Positions 52,646 through 64,000 of a stretch of DNA of 64,000 bases are shown here, one piece after another. The stretch spans positions 10,106,001-10,170,000 of the forward strand of contig CM022671.1 in NCBI GenBank assembly GCA_012295275.1, given 5' to 3'. The stretch's first letter is position 1. Each line of letters begins with the position of its first letter. Source of the DNA: Chrysomallon squamiferum (taxonomy: Eukaryota > Animalia > Mollusca). Made by a program: the position numbers and the translations under genes. The notes under the pieces are model-generated. The model worked only from the letters and a program-made list of their open reading frames with translations. It had not been told where the DNA came from and did no database searches.

Positions 52646-53488
52646 TTTCACATTTCCTATTTTCACTCGAAAAATCCAAACAACATGGTAGCTGTAGAGA
52701 AACCCCGATGCGACCTCACAGTACACGTCTACCCTGTCACTGTCGATCGCGTGGTCATATATCGTTCAGGTACATAAAATTCAATAAACACATACAGTCG
52801 GCTGAATCGATGAATGTCTCCTTCGGCTGTTCTATACATGCGTTCTTTCATAGCAAAAAATATTCATCTCCAAATGTGCTTGCCAAACCGGTTTATTATG
52901 AAAAGGTCGCAATAGTTAATGTCATGTTACATTCACTATTTTGGTCGCGCTGAGTTGTATATGGGGGTGTTTTTTTTTTTCTTTCTTTCTCTACCTCTTT
53001 TTCACATAATCAGCCATGTGTGCTAGCTACAATTTTTGTATTTTGAATTCATAAAAGCCTGCAGCTATTTGCTATTTGTTGACCGTTTAGCTGGATATGA
53101 GGTATTTGCTGCTCAGCGTAGTTTTCTTCTTTAAACATATGCATGTTCGATATTATCTGATTGTTCTATTAACACGAGCAGGGTTACATAAAGTTAAATG
53201 CAGGTTTAGATACTTAATATGAAAAGGTTTCATAATAAAAGCTTATTTTTTAAACAACATTTGTCGAGTTAATGTTTTGATTACCATGTTAGTACTTCGT
53301 TTTGGATTAATTCATATCTGGTGCACACAAATGTAAAGAAATTACATTATTTTTTTTATTTTTTTATTTATTTTTTTCCTCTATTCATTGAAAATCATTT
53401 GATATTGAAAATTATATGAACCAGTTCCTTTTTGGATTCAATAATTCGCTACTGAGTTAGCGTGAACAAATAAATTCAGAATCTTATT

Positions 53489-53519
<31 letters not shown>

Positions 53520-54484
53520 GATGCAGTTTAAATTATTTTGCTATTATTGTTATTGACAAACTATTTAAACAGACAATAATTTTGGACCGGAACTCGTACA
53601 TGGACTCAATCTGTAGCCGACAGAAATGTATTCGTAATTATTAGAGCGTTAACTTCGTCGATTACCAAAGAATTTATTTTATCCAGGGTTTTTCATAATT
53701 GTTACAAAATGGACTGGAAATGGGTTGAATTTATTCTAATAACACTTTCTATAAGAAGTCGTCGTTTCAGAAGCAAAGTGTCTTTTTAAATGCGTGAAAC
53801 ATAACATAACATGCTAATACTGTAAAAAGGAATAAATTAGAAAATAGTTATTTTTTTCTGGTTAATATACATTATAGACTCTTTATGATACCGCAAAGAA
53901 GGAATGAACCGGCTGCCGGCAAATACCCAGACTTGAAAGAATGGCAACAACAGCATGGGAAAAATATCCAACCAAACCAAACGAAACTAAACCGCAGCCC
54001 ATTTAAATAATTACATATTGTCAGCTTATGTATGTAGTGATCCGAACCACGAAGAGATGTAAACAACTAGAGATAAAAGAGGTCTACTCAGGGTCACTGC
54101 TGGTTCGCTGAAGATTTAGTTTACAGTCTGGTCTACCGGTCACTCAAGGATCAAACAGCGAAACCAACATTAAAGATTAGCTTGGATCACCTCTCTTTGT
54201 ATTTCTCAAGTATTACAGGAGTTGAACGTGTATGGCAGTTTGTGTTGTTTTGTAAAGAAGAGTTTTGTTTATAAACTTTAAAACATTTCCCGAGTATCTA
54301 ATGCCTTACAGTCGATACTGCGAGATTCTTGAAATTCGAAACTTCCATTATTTCTTTATTTGTTTATTTATTTTCCTACTTATTTATTTTTCACTCTTTA
54401 TTTTTATTTTTTTCTCTCCTTATTTACTGAATGTGAAAAAGAAGATACTGAAAATAAAATGTTACTGATAATAACTATTATCTT

Positions 54485-55015
54485 AGTTATTAAATAGAAT
54501 TTCAGAATCTGTACTTGTTAAATACATAGAATCTCATACTACGGTTAATAATTATTAAACATATAGAATCTGATCAAATGTGGAATAGTTACTATACATT
54601 TAGAATCTCATATTACCTGTACTAATTATTAATTATAATTTTAGAATTTGATACTAGTTATTAAACATATAGAATCTCACACTACATGCAATACTATTTT
54701 AACATAAAGAATCTCATACTATAGAGTTATTAAATTATACAGAATCCCATATAGGTGTAATAGTTATTAAATATACAGAATCATACTAGGGGTAATAGTC
54801 ATAACATTTACTGAATCTAACAATACAGGAAATAAGATATCATTTATAGACTCAGTCGCTAGGGGTAATAATTATAAAATGTATAGTATTTAATACTGTG
54901 GATAATGATAGTATGTAGTGATAGTTCCAAAGTTTAGAGAATCTAGAACTATGTGAATACATGTTGTATTTACAGAATCCAACCTTCGAATATATTTATT
55001 AAAATGAATGAATCT
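54485..55015. repeat. Degenerate ~36-38-bp minisatellite (about 13-14 units)
   Basis: A recurring core AGAATCTCATACTA...TAATAGTTATTAAACATAT with ~37-bp periodicity, decaying toward the right. Confidence 0.8.
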
Positions 55016-56954
55016 GAGTGAATATATTCTTGTAATGATAATAAAATAAGTAAAGTACCTTTTCTAATGGTTCGTGTTAAAATGAAAATCATCTTTGTTT
55101 ACAAGACTACATCGATGTGCCAATTACAAACACAACTTGGGCTCCAAACTCATGGCTTCATTTCTAAGGTGTAGGTTTTGCCGTAAACATTAAGTTTCTA
55201 CTTTGTGCCTAGACGTGTTCTGTGTACATATACATGTCACGTTGTTTGGAAAGCTGTTCTGTTTCTTATATCATTTAATGTCTGTTTTATTGTACGGTTC
55301 TTTGGGGGTTTTAAAACTTCGCCATCTATAGCTCAGGCTTGAATGATGATGTCTCAAATTGCCGATTTGATTGACTGCATGATAAAATAAAAAATAATAA
55401 CATGTCTATGGTCAAAGCAAACGTTAAAAGAAGAATAAGAAGATGAATTTAATATTTATTTTTCATCCTGCTTAAATATTTATCTCGAATGCAATATCTT
55501 CATAACAGGTTTTTGACCATTCGACGTTTACGTTAAACAGATGTAGCGTACCAGTATAACGACTGTCGACGCCCAGACACATTTCAAATAATGTAAACTC
55601 CTGCGATTGTACAGTTCTTCGCGTTCCTTACATAAACTCGACAAATATATTTTGATAAAGGTTGAGAGTAAACAGGGAGAAATCCTTTGCGCGTTGTGAT
55701 CAATGGGTGTGAAGGAAAATGTTTGCAAATATCAGACGAGGTAATGTGACACAGAAAGTAGCTTTTTGTTATCTTTTTTTTATCTGTTCAAACAAAATGA
55801 GATGAGGTTATTATATTAACAGAAGCAAACTTCCAGATAGGTAAAATGATGTAGAAAAATGAAACAAGTCTGGCTGGGCGTCCTATTCATCAGTTTTGAA
55901 GAAGACCGAACAAAGACTTCATTGTTAGATAGATATTTCAGAAAGAAAACAAAATTGCGTCATGGAAGAAATGAAACATTAGAAGAATGTGGATTCGTAC
56001 AGGGAAATAGAGGATAGCAGCCGACAAATGACTCCTTTTTTAATTTACCAACCTAGTTTAAATTTTTTTTAAACTGTTTCTTCTTTTTTATATCTATGGT
56101 GGCGTTTATTCATTCATTTCTGAAATTCTGGATCCGCCTTTTGCATTGATAGTATAATGGAATCGATGACTGTTTAAACATGAATTAATATATAATATAT
56201 ATATACATGAATTAAACTATATATATATATATATATATATATTAAATATATATATATATATATATATATAAATATTAAAGTTTAATACAATGCAGGTCTA
56301 TGAAAACTATGAGAGAAAAATTTACTTGTTCTTCTCCACTAGTAATAAGTATGGTTTCATTTTTATGCATGTCTCTTTATACTTGCGTTGATTTTTAGCT
56401 TTTTTCAGGCAAAATAGATACAGTAAGCTGTATGTTTTTGAACTTGACTGTGCCACTTTAGTATTATGCCATCAAACAATGGTTTAGCTCTCTTTTTGTA
56501 TGGAAAACAAGAAATATTTTACTAAAGAGAAACAGATCTTTTAACCCAGTTTTGTAACAGCAAATCCTCGCTAAGTTCTGGAAAAGGATAAGTGAACTAC
56601 TCATATGATAAAGCTCACAGTGATATTTTAATGTTTTGGATGAAATGATAAGCGATACATTGTTTGCATCTATGTCCCTTAAAATCTATTCGTTAACAAA
56701 GAAACTACAACATCATTAACACTAAAATCTATTTCTGCACGGAAGAACAAATTACAGTCCATGCCTTAATTAATATACTAATTTGGACAAGCATTCCTGT
56801 TATGCATGAGATGTTGACCGCATGTTGTAGAAGTCGCTTTCTGCGTGGGTGTTTCGGTGGGTGTGGCTGTGACTGTATAAAGCGGGGGAGGGTCTCGGTA
56901 TTGTTTGTTACAGGTTCTACTACTTTTCCTTTGTTACCTGAATATTGTAGAAAT

Positions 56955-57036
56955 TTTTCTTACGTTAGATCTGGGTATATTTTCTTACGTTAGATCTGGG
57001 TATATTTTCTTACGTTAGATCTGGGTATATTTTCTT
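56955..57036. repeat. Perfect 25-bp tandem repeat, 3.3 copies
   Basis: Unit ttttcttacgttagatctgggtata; 'tacg' recurs at 56961, 56986 and 57011. Confidence 0.95.
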
Positions 57037-57699
57037 CCGAGTTACGAATCGACAAACTATTTAATAATCATATGTAATATTTTAAATAAACACAGAGATA
57101 CACATACAGAGTACTGTTTTCTTCTCTGCTTCTGGATGTAAAATTATTTTATACACACACACGATTATTTTCTTTTATGAAACAAACAGGAAAAGGTGTA
57201 AAACATATGGAAAAGATAGATCTAATTAAATAAACATTTTAACCTACGGTCATGAGGCTTTGTACATATAAAACAGAAACTGAAGAAACCACCGCAACAT
57301 ACAGGGATCTGCTCTTGTCTATTCACTTGCCCATAGACAGAAGAGCAAGGCCTTTGATCAGTCTGATAGTAATGGCTTGAATGGGATATATCACAGCAGA
57401 CTGGCTTATTGATAGAACACATTTCTGAGTAAACAAGAACACATTTCTGAGATACTTGATTCTGCTCGTAAATACGAATGTTTTTACATTAAAACTAAAA
57501 TCAACATGATTTCTCACATCACGCTGATTGCATCTACATCTGTGAATTGACCAGTCTGACCTGTTTGAAACAACTCCAGTAATGTAATAACACACACCCA
57601 TACTCGGCAGTTTAATCTGTAACCAGACGTCGTGTGTAACTGAAGTTAATTCTGTTTTGGCTGGTGGGTGGATGGCTTGGTAAATGGACAGACTGAAGG

Positions 57700-57800
57700 A
57701 TGGGTGGCGGAGTCATAGGGCGGGAAATTTGCTGTAAAGCTTCAATGCGCCATGTAATCATGACGTCACAAATTCAGTGGTAATGTGGTAAAATGGCGGT
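57700..57800 (+). promoter_or_regulatory. Orphan promoter/enhancer-like motif cluster
   Basis: GC-box/E2F-like GGGCGGGAAA (57718-57727), CRE palindrome TGACGTCA (57761-57768), Inr-like TCAGT (57774-57778) and YY1-like AAAATGGCGG (57790-57799). Confidence 0.4.
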
Positions 57801-57938
57801 GTTGAAGTGTTTTCTAACAATATTATTGTACTGTCATACTTGTTATCAGCGCTCACTGGTCGCCCCAAATAATAAAATAATAACATGGATGTAAAAAATA
57901 TAATTTCATATGAAATAATATTCGTGCTAAATATACAC

Positions 57939-57989
<51 letters not shown>

Positions 57990-58643
57990 TTTATCAAATC
58001 TTAGTTCCATATATGTTCATGATTTCTTTTCCATAATTATATTGATAAATGACATACTATATGGCTGGCTGGATTGGAATATATCCCTTTAGGATAAAAC
58101 TTATGAAATTTTGATCCTTGGGCCCTTCACTCCTCAGGCCAGATTTTAAATAAAGATTAATCATTTAATTAATCAGTTCTTACCAAATGTTAAACTTTTT
58201 TCAAATACCTTTAGGGAATTGCTTAGACTGCCTTAGTATTGTTTACGTGTTTATTTCACAATGAACCCCGATTATGGTTTATTTTAGATCGGTCACTGAC
58301 CTTTAAGATAAATTAATTTCTGTATGTCATGGACGAGTAGTTTCTTTATTATTATTAATCTACATAAATATTTTTCTGATTTCTCTTTCTGTCACAAAAG
58401 ATGTTGGCTGTGTGTGCCGAGGAGCTCAAGGCTAACCACGCTGATCCACATATACCACGCTAAGCGATTTGACAAATATTAAAAACATCTGTTGTGAGTT
58501 CATGAATATTTATACTGTTTACTGCGTCACAGCAGATTTAAAAAGCAGTTTTCATATAGCAAATTAAACATCTGAAACTACAACCCACGCAGCTGATCTA
58601 CCGACTGAACATAACTCTTCAAAACACAAACTGTTTTCAGTTA

Positions 58644-58877
58644 CACTGGCGTGCTTGGTGGTGGTAGGGGGCGGGCCGAAGATTAGGTGGCCCAGGGTAT
58701 CAGAGAAAAGAATTTTATAACAAATTTGGTTGATTTATATTTAAATCGAATGAAATGTTTATTTTAGGTTTCATCTGTGTTTACATATTCAAAACATCTC
58801 AGTACTTATACTTGAGTCTCTGGGGCAAATAGTCAAGGAATTAGCCCCGGGCATCACCAGACTTCTGCACCCCACTG
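58644..58877. mobile_element. hAT-type MITE (234 bp)
   Basis: Imperfect TIRs cactggcgtgc / gcaccccactg, flanking 8-mers ttcagtta / atcagtta (7/8 match), and GC-rich subterminal regions around an AT-rich core. Confidence 0.75.
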
Positions 58878-61800
58878 ATCAGTTATAGTCAAATTTTATG
58901 ATACATTGCTTAAGAAGTCTTTATTATTGTTGTTGTTGTTGTTATTGGTGGTGGTGGTGGTATTTATTTATTTATTTGTCTCCTACAGTTAAGGATCGAA
59001 ACATGGTATTACATTTTACTGGAGTTAAATACGTAGATTTATTATAAATTATCTCTAATTATTTAATATACTATACAGTGTCATAGAGAATAAACTGAAA
59101 TCCGTTTACCTTGAAAACAAACCTTCGTATTTTCAGTCCAGGTAGAAATTTTATTCTAAAAAACATTTTATTTTATATTTTTTATATTTCCTGATTTTAA
59201 AATCTCATCAGTTTATTCTTGTTGATATAAACGCATCTTGAAAAATATTTACTGCTTCCTTTTAAAAACAAACTGATAAATTTTAAATAAATAAGTTAAC
59301 GTTTCTACGAGTTAACATGTTTTTTATTTAGTTAATTACATACCTACGTATCTATTTCATTTCTTATTTACGTACTTACATACTTACTTTGGGCAATATA
59401 ATTTTACAATTATCATTATTATTTATAGTAGAATGTTTGCAGGGTTTTGTTTTCATTATTATTTTATTTTATTTTATTTTATTTTATTTTATTTATTTAT
59501 TTATTTATTTTTATTTTTTATTTTATTTATTGATTGATTGATTTATTTTTTTGCTGTAACTAAAAAAAAAAAATAATAATAATTATACATAAAAAAAGAA
59601 GAAGAAAAAAGTTTTAGCACATTATCTTAATTATAAGAGGGTAAAACGATATGGCTTAATCAATGCATTTGTTCTAAATATATATATAATCCATTATCAC
59701 CTTCTGCTTTAGATACGACCTTTGAGTTTTTGCAGTAAACAATTACAGCAATTTCCTGTTACAACATTTATGTCTAGATGACGGATATAAATGTTATTCT
59801 TTGTTAACAAAATCATTCCAGGGGCAGACAATACGGAATTTCAAGGATTCATCAATTATGCATATTCCAGTCAAATGAATATTTTTAAAACTTCTCCGTT
59901 TTATTACTTTCAATGCAGTATGAAAGTAGTTTATGCTTTTATAACTTACATCTCTATACATTTATTCATCGGCAACTTTCTAAGTCAGATATATGTCTCC
60001 TGTTCTTTTCTGTTTTCCTCTTCATCCCTATACACATATTCATTCTAGATCACAAGAAAAGTAACAGTGGTAAACGTTTATGTCATTTTGCTTGTGTTTG
60101 TTAAGGAGCGCTGGGTCAACTTGTTTGTATTAATCCTTTTTTTAAAAAATATAAAAATTATAAACTAGCATGCCCTTAGGATATGCACATTGCATAAGGG
60201 TATCTAAAAATACATGTATAAACCAAACTATTTGAAAATTGTACTTTGAGCGCTTATATTTTATCAAATATCATTTGTGTTAATGCGTTTAACAAATATA
60301 TTGATTAATTCACTGTTTTTACTCTAATATTTTGCTTTTGTTTTATCATTTTGGTATTCTGTTTGAAAATATGGCATAATATAAATATAAATAATATAAA
60401 CAATAAATGGCATTTTGTGAATAAACATACTAATATGATGTATGCAAACATATTAAGTTGGAATGATAAAAATGTTATATCTGTTTGTAAACAGAAAATA
60501 TTATATTAATTTTTACAAGAGGGAATTTTCTATATATTCATCTCTCACTCTCTCTTTATTTATTGTTTTGGTTATGCGATTATTATCAGCGAAAGTGATC
60601 ACTCGACGTTACTAAACAAATTTATGAATTTTCTCATACTCGATAACGTAGTAGTTTTCCTTGTAGCATTTTTAATCTTCTCTGAGTTCAGTATTTTTAA
60701 CATTTATTCTTTCAGCTGTTTATCCATCTCGTCTCCTTCTTCTTATTTTTCCTTACACGGTTCTCACTATTTTTTACTGCTGTATGATTAAATAATAGGT
60801 TATATATTTTTTTATATTCTTCTTTTTCTTGTTCAAATTCTCATTTTTACTGCTTTTACTGCTTATTACATGTTAGTTTTGCTTCTCTTTATTCTTCTTT
60901 TTCTTCAGCATCGTTACATTACCTTCTCATTTATAATACTAATTAAAAGGAATGTATTATATTCTTTCAATTCAGATTTCCATTTACTGCATCTTTAATT
61001 ATTTATAAAGCTAACACAAGACATAAAATACATTTTTCTCCATGCATCTGCAGTGCAGTTACTGACAAAGCACTTGTTCCACAAAGACGTCTTTGTCACA
61101 AAGCCTGGATGCTTGATTAAACCTTACGCCGGTTGTAGGCGAAGCAGAAATCTGTGACACGAATAGCTGTTACATGTAGCTTTTATTTTGTTTGCATTAG
61201 CAAGTCGATATACACAGTCTGAAAGATTAGGTTGTAATGAAGCCTGCTCAAACAGTAGTTTTGTACATCGTTGTTGCAGAGAAGTAAACACTTATGATGA
61301 AGATAATCCGACTGAGAGTGATTCATAAACATTCACAACAGATTGGCCATGTACAGTATTTTGGCGCTGTGTTTGTTACACTGTTGAATCATGAAATTAT
61401 ATTCAAATGTTTAATGTCAAACAGCTAATATTATTTACATGCGTTATTATTTGGATGTTTGTATGTATGTATAAACGAATGTATGTAAGTGCATAAGTAT
61501 GTATGAATGTGTCGATGTGTGTGTCTGTATTATTTTATATGCATATGTAAATGTATTTATGTGTGTATGTGTATATGGGTGATAACCTCTTAAAGTCATA
61601 TCTGCCAATAGTCATACACTTTAATCAACAGTTCAGTGTTCTCTTCACGTGGTCTCTGCACACAATGATAATGGTACTGAGAACGGAAGGAAAACAGAAA
61701 TACTATGTAAAGATTTATTAATTTTATTGAGACTGCTGAGATTTACGCAAATTTCGAAGAATTACGTCATCCGGATCTCAGTATATTTAATAATATGTGA

Positions 61801-62471
61801 ACAGCGGTTTCAAATTACTAAAAATTATATGTAAACGCATGTATAAAGTCATTTTTCTCAAACTAATATACAAAAGCAAATATCTATTCCTGATCACATG
61901 TGCAAATGATTATACATTTTTTTTCCACACATGATGAAAACACGCTTTTATAAGTAACTTACTAACACGGCCCATCAATCAGCTCTACTCTGGAGCAGTC
62001 CAGTTAAGTTTAGGTGTGCTAGGCAAAGAATTCCACCTCTGACCGTGTGTATGTGTATGTGCGTGCATTTCTGTATTTACGTGTATTGTTAGGTACATAG
62101 GCAAATTAGTTATTGCTAGGAATAATTTATACAAACATTTTCCACATTTTAATGCATTTAGAGTGGAAATAATTTTTGGTACGCATATAAATATTATTGG
62201 CTAACAGCTATTTGACTTTTTGAATACGTTGTAAAGATATTATGCACAGGTGATTACAACACATCGGTAAATACGGATTTTACACACGAATAATTAAAAT
62301 GGGTGGGATTCAAAAATGTTTCATGGGCGCTAAGTGAAAAAATTTGACTTGCTGTAATCGCCTTCATCTCATAAGAACATTGTACAGCTGATAGACTGAC
62401 TGAAAGACTGAATACCTGAAACGTTGACCAACTCACTGAGTGATTGACCTGTTTGAGTGGACCAACTGACG

Positions 62472-62830
62472 TACACCCAAACATACATACACACATACAT
62501 AGATACATACACGCATACACACCTACACACATGCATACATACATACATACACACATACATAGATACATACATACACACATACACACATACACACATACAC
62601 ACATACACACATGCATACATAAATACATACACACTTGCATACATATATATACATACACACATATGCACATATATACAAGATACATAGATACACACATGTA
62701 TACATACATACATACACATACACACATTCAAACATACATAACACACACAAATTTACTTAAATAAATATATGCATACAGACATGCACACATACGTATATAC
62801 TTATATGCATATATATTCGCATATATGAGT
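62472..62830. repeat. Degenerate (CA/CATA)n low-complexity tract
   Basis: Directly visible; it generates the spurious ORFs 62254-62764. Confidence 0.9.
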
Positions 62831-63652
62831 GCATATATTTTCAGTTATACTGAAGAATATCATTTGTGGTGTAAATTTGATGACTCACGGATACAACTAT
62901 TTTCACTTTAGCAATTTTGTTAATGGACCACAGCAAACATTATTTAATGTCTACATGCTAGGAATTGTCCCAGTTTTAGCAACACACGTGTTATAGCTGA
63001 CTGACCAAGTGTTAAAGATTTTTCATGGCTGTAAAATCGTGTTTTGTGTATATTTTCTCATGTTTTGTAGATATCGTGTAATTAGGTATGCATGGTATTA
63101 TTATGCAAATATAGATACTGACATGCATGCACATGAATATATATGCACAGTTTATAAACGAAACAGGTGAGAGATAGTACGTAGAAAACTAAATTCATTA
63201 GACATCAATGATGTTTCATAAGATAAAATATATAGATAGATACATAGATACAGAGATAGGTAGACAAATTAGATAGTTAGTCAAACAGACAAAATAAATT
63301 TAAAAAAGTAAAATAAAATAAAAACAGTAATAATACTTTTTTTGAAAATAATTTATCTGGTGTACAACTTTACAAAACTTCTAACAAATAATAATTTCAA
63401 ATTAAGTGTTTATAAATATTTCCTTATACGTAATTTCCACACTTCAACAAGGAAATCATTAAATTACATTACATACCGATGTTAATATTCGTGGAGTACG
63501 GCTTAAGTATTTTATTTATCCATATGACGTCCTAAATTAAAAATATATATAATAAGATATACACAGTCAAATGTCAAGGATACCATGAATTTCAGAACTG
63601 TGTTTTATTTAGATAGTTTCAGAGGTAAAGTTAATTATTAAACTTACCAGCA

Positions 63653-63674
63653 TATTTCTTCTTCTTCTTCTTCT

Positions 63675-63758
<84 letters not shown>

Positions 63759-63815
63759 CTAATATACAGAAGAAAATAGAAATGGAGATGATGATGATGA
63801 CGACGATTATTTTTA

Positions 63816-63871
<56 letters not shown>
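63653..63871. repeat. (CTT)n, (GA)n, (GAT)n and (ATT)n microsatellites
   Basis: Directly visible. Confidence 0.93.
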
Positions 63872-63874
<3 letters not shown>

Positions 63875-64000
63875 TTAATCGACCACCTTCAAAAAAGCCA
63901 ACAGAACAAAAAAAAAAAAAAAACCCTAAAAAAAACCCCAAACAAACAGAAAAACAAACAAACAAACAAACAAACAAAATAAAAAATAAATTAATGAATT

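Noticed and set aside
52646-52726. 27-aa N-terminal extension of the 489-aa ORF
   Set aside because: It begins at GTG; the first in-frame ATG with good context is at 52645.
54485-55015. CRISPR-like appearance (conserved core with variable intervening sequence)
   Set aside because: The units are homologous along their whole length, with no unique spacers. No cas genes are present and the context is eukaryotic.
55985-56142. Possible MITE with ggcggatccag-type terminus
   Set aside because: Only one recognisable end and no TSD.
62254-62764. Overlapping 75-157-aa ORFs rich in C/V/M/Y or H/T/I
   Set aside because: They arise from the stop-poor (CA/TA) low-complexity tract.

Overview
AT-rich, microsatellite-dense eukaryotic (animal) genomic DNA. 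It is probably a mollusc or other lophotrochozoan, possibly a cephalopod; this is inferred from gene types and repeat content only. Spliced by hand, the window holds six protein-coding genes: a 16-exon LRRC74-like LRR/EF-hand gene (-), head-to-head with a PAQR/adiponectin receptor gene (+, 6 coding exons); COX6A (-, 3 exons); two tandem short, Cys-rich caveolins (-, 2 exons each); and a single-ORF uncharacterised 462-aa protein (-) with a PTB-like domain, coiled coil, and LC8- and PP1-type short motifs. Mobile DNA comprises a decayed Ty3/Gypsy RT, a solo LTR with a 5-bp TSD, an internally deleted Tigger/pogo element, hAT-type MITEs with 8-bp TSDs, and the 3' end of an R4/Dong-type LINE lying within (AAT)n. 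CpG content looks mosaic: depleted over the LRRC74/ADIPOR gene bodies, higher at promoters and in the right half. Most ORFs in the supplied track are artefacts of simple repeats. No CRISPR array, rRNA or tRNA gene was recognised. Assignments come from motif recognition by eye, with no database searches.
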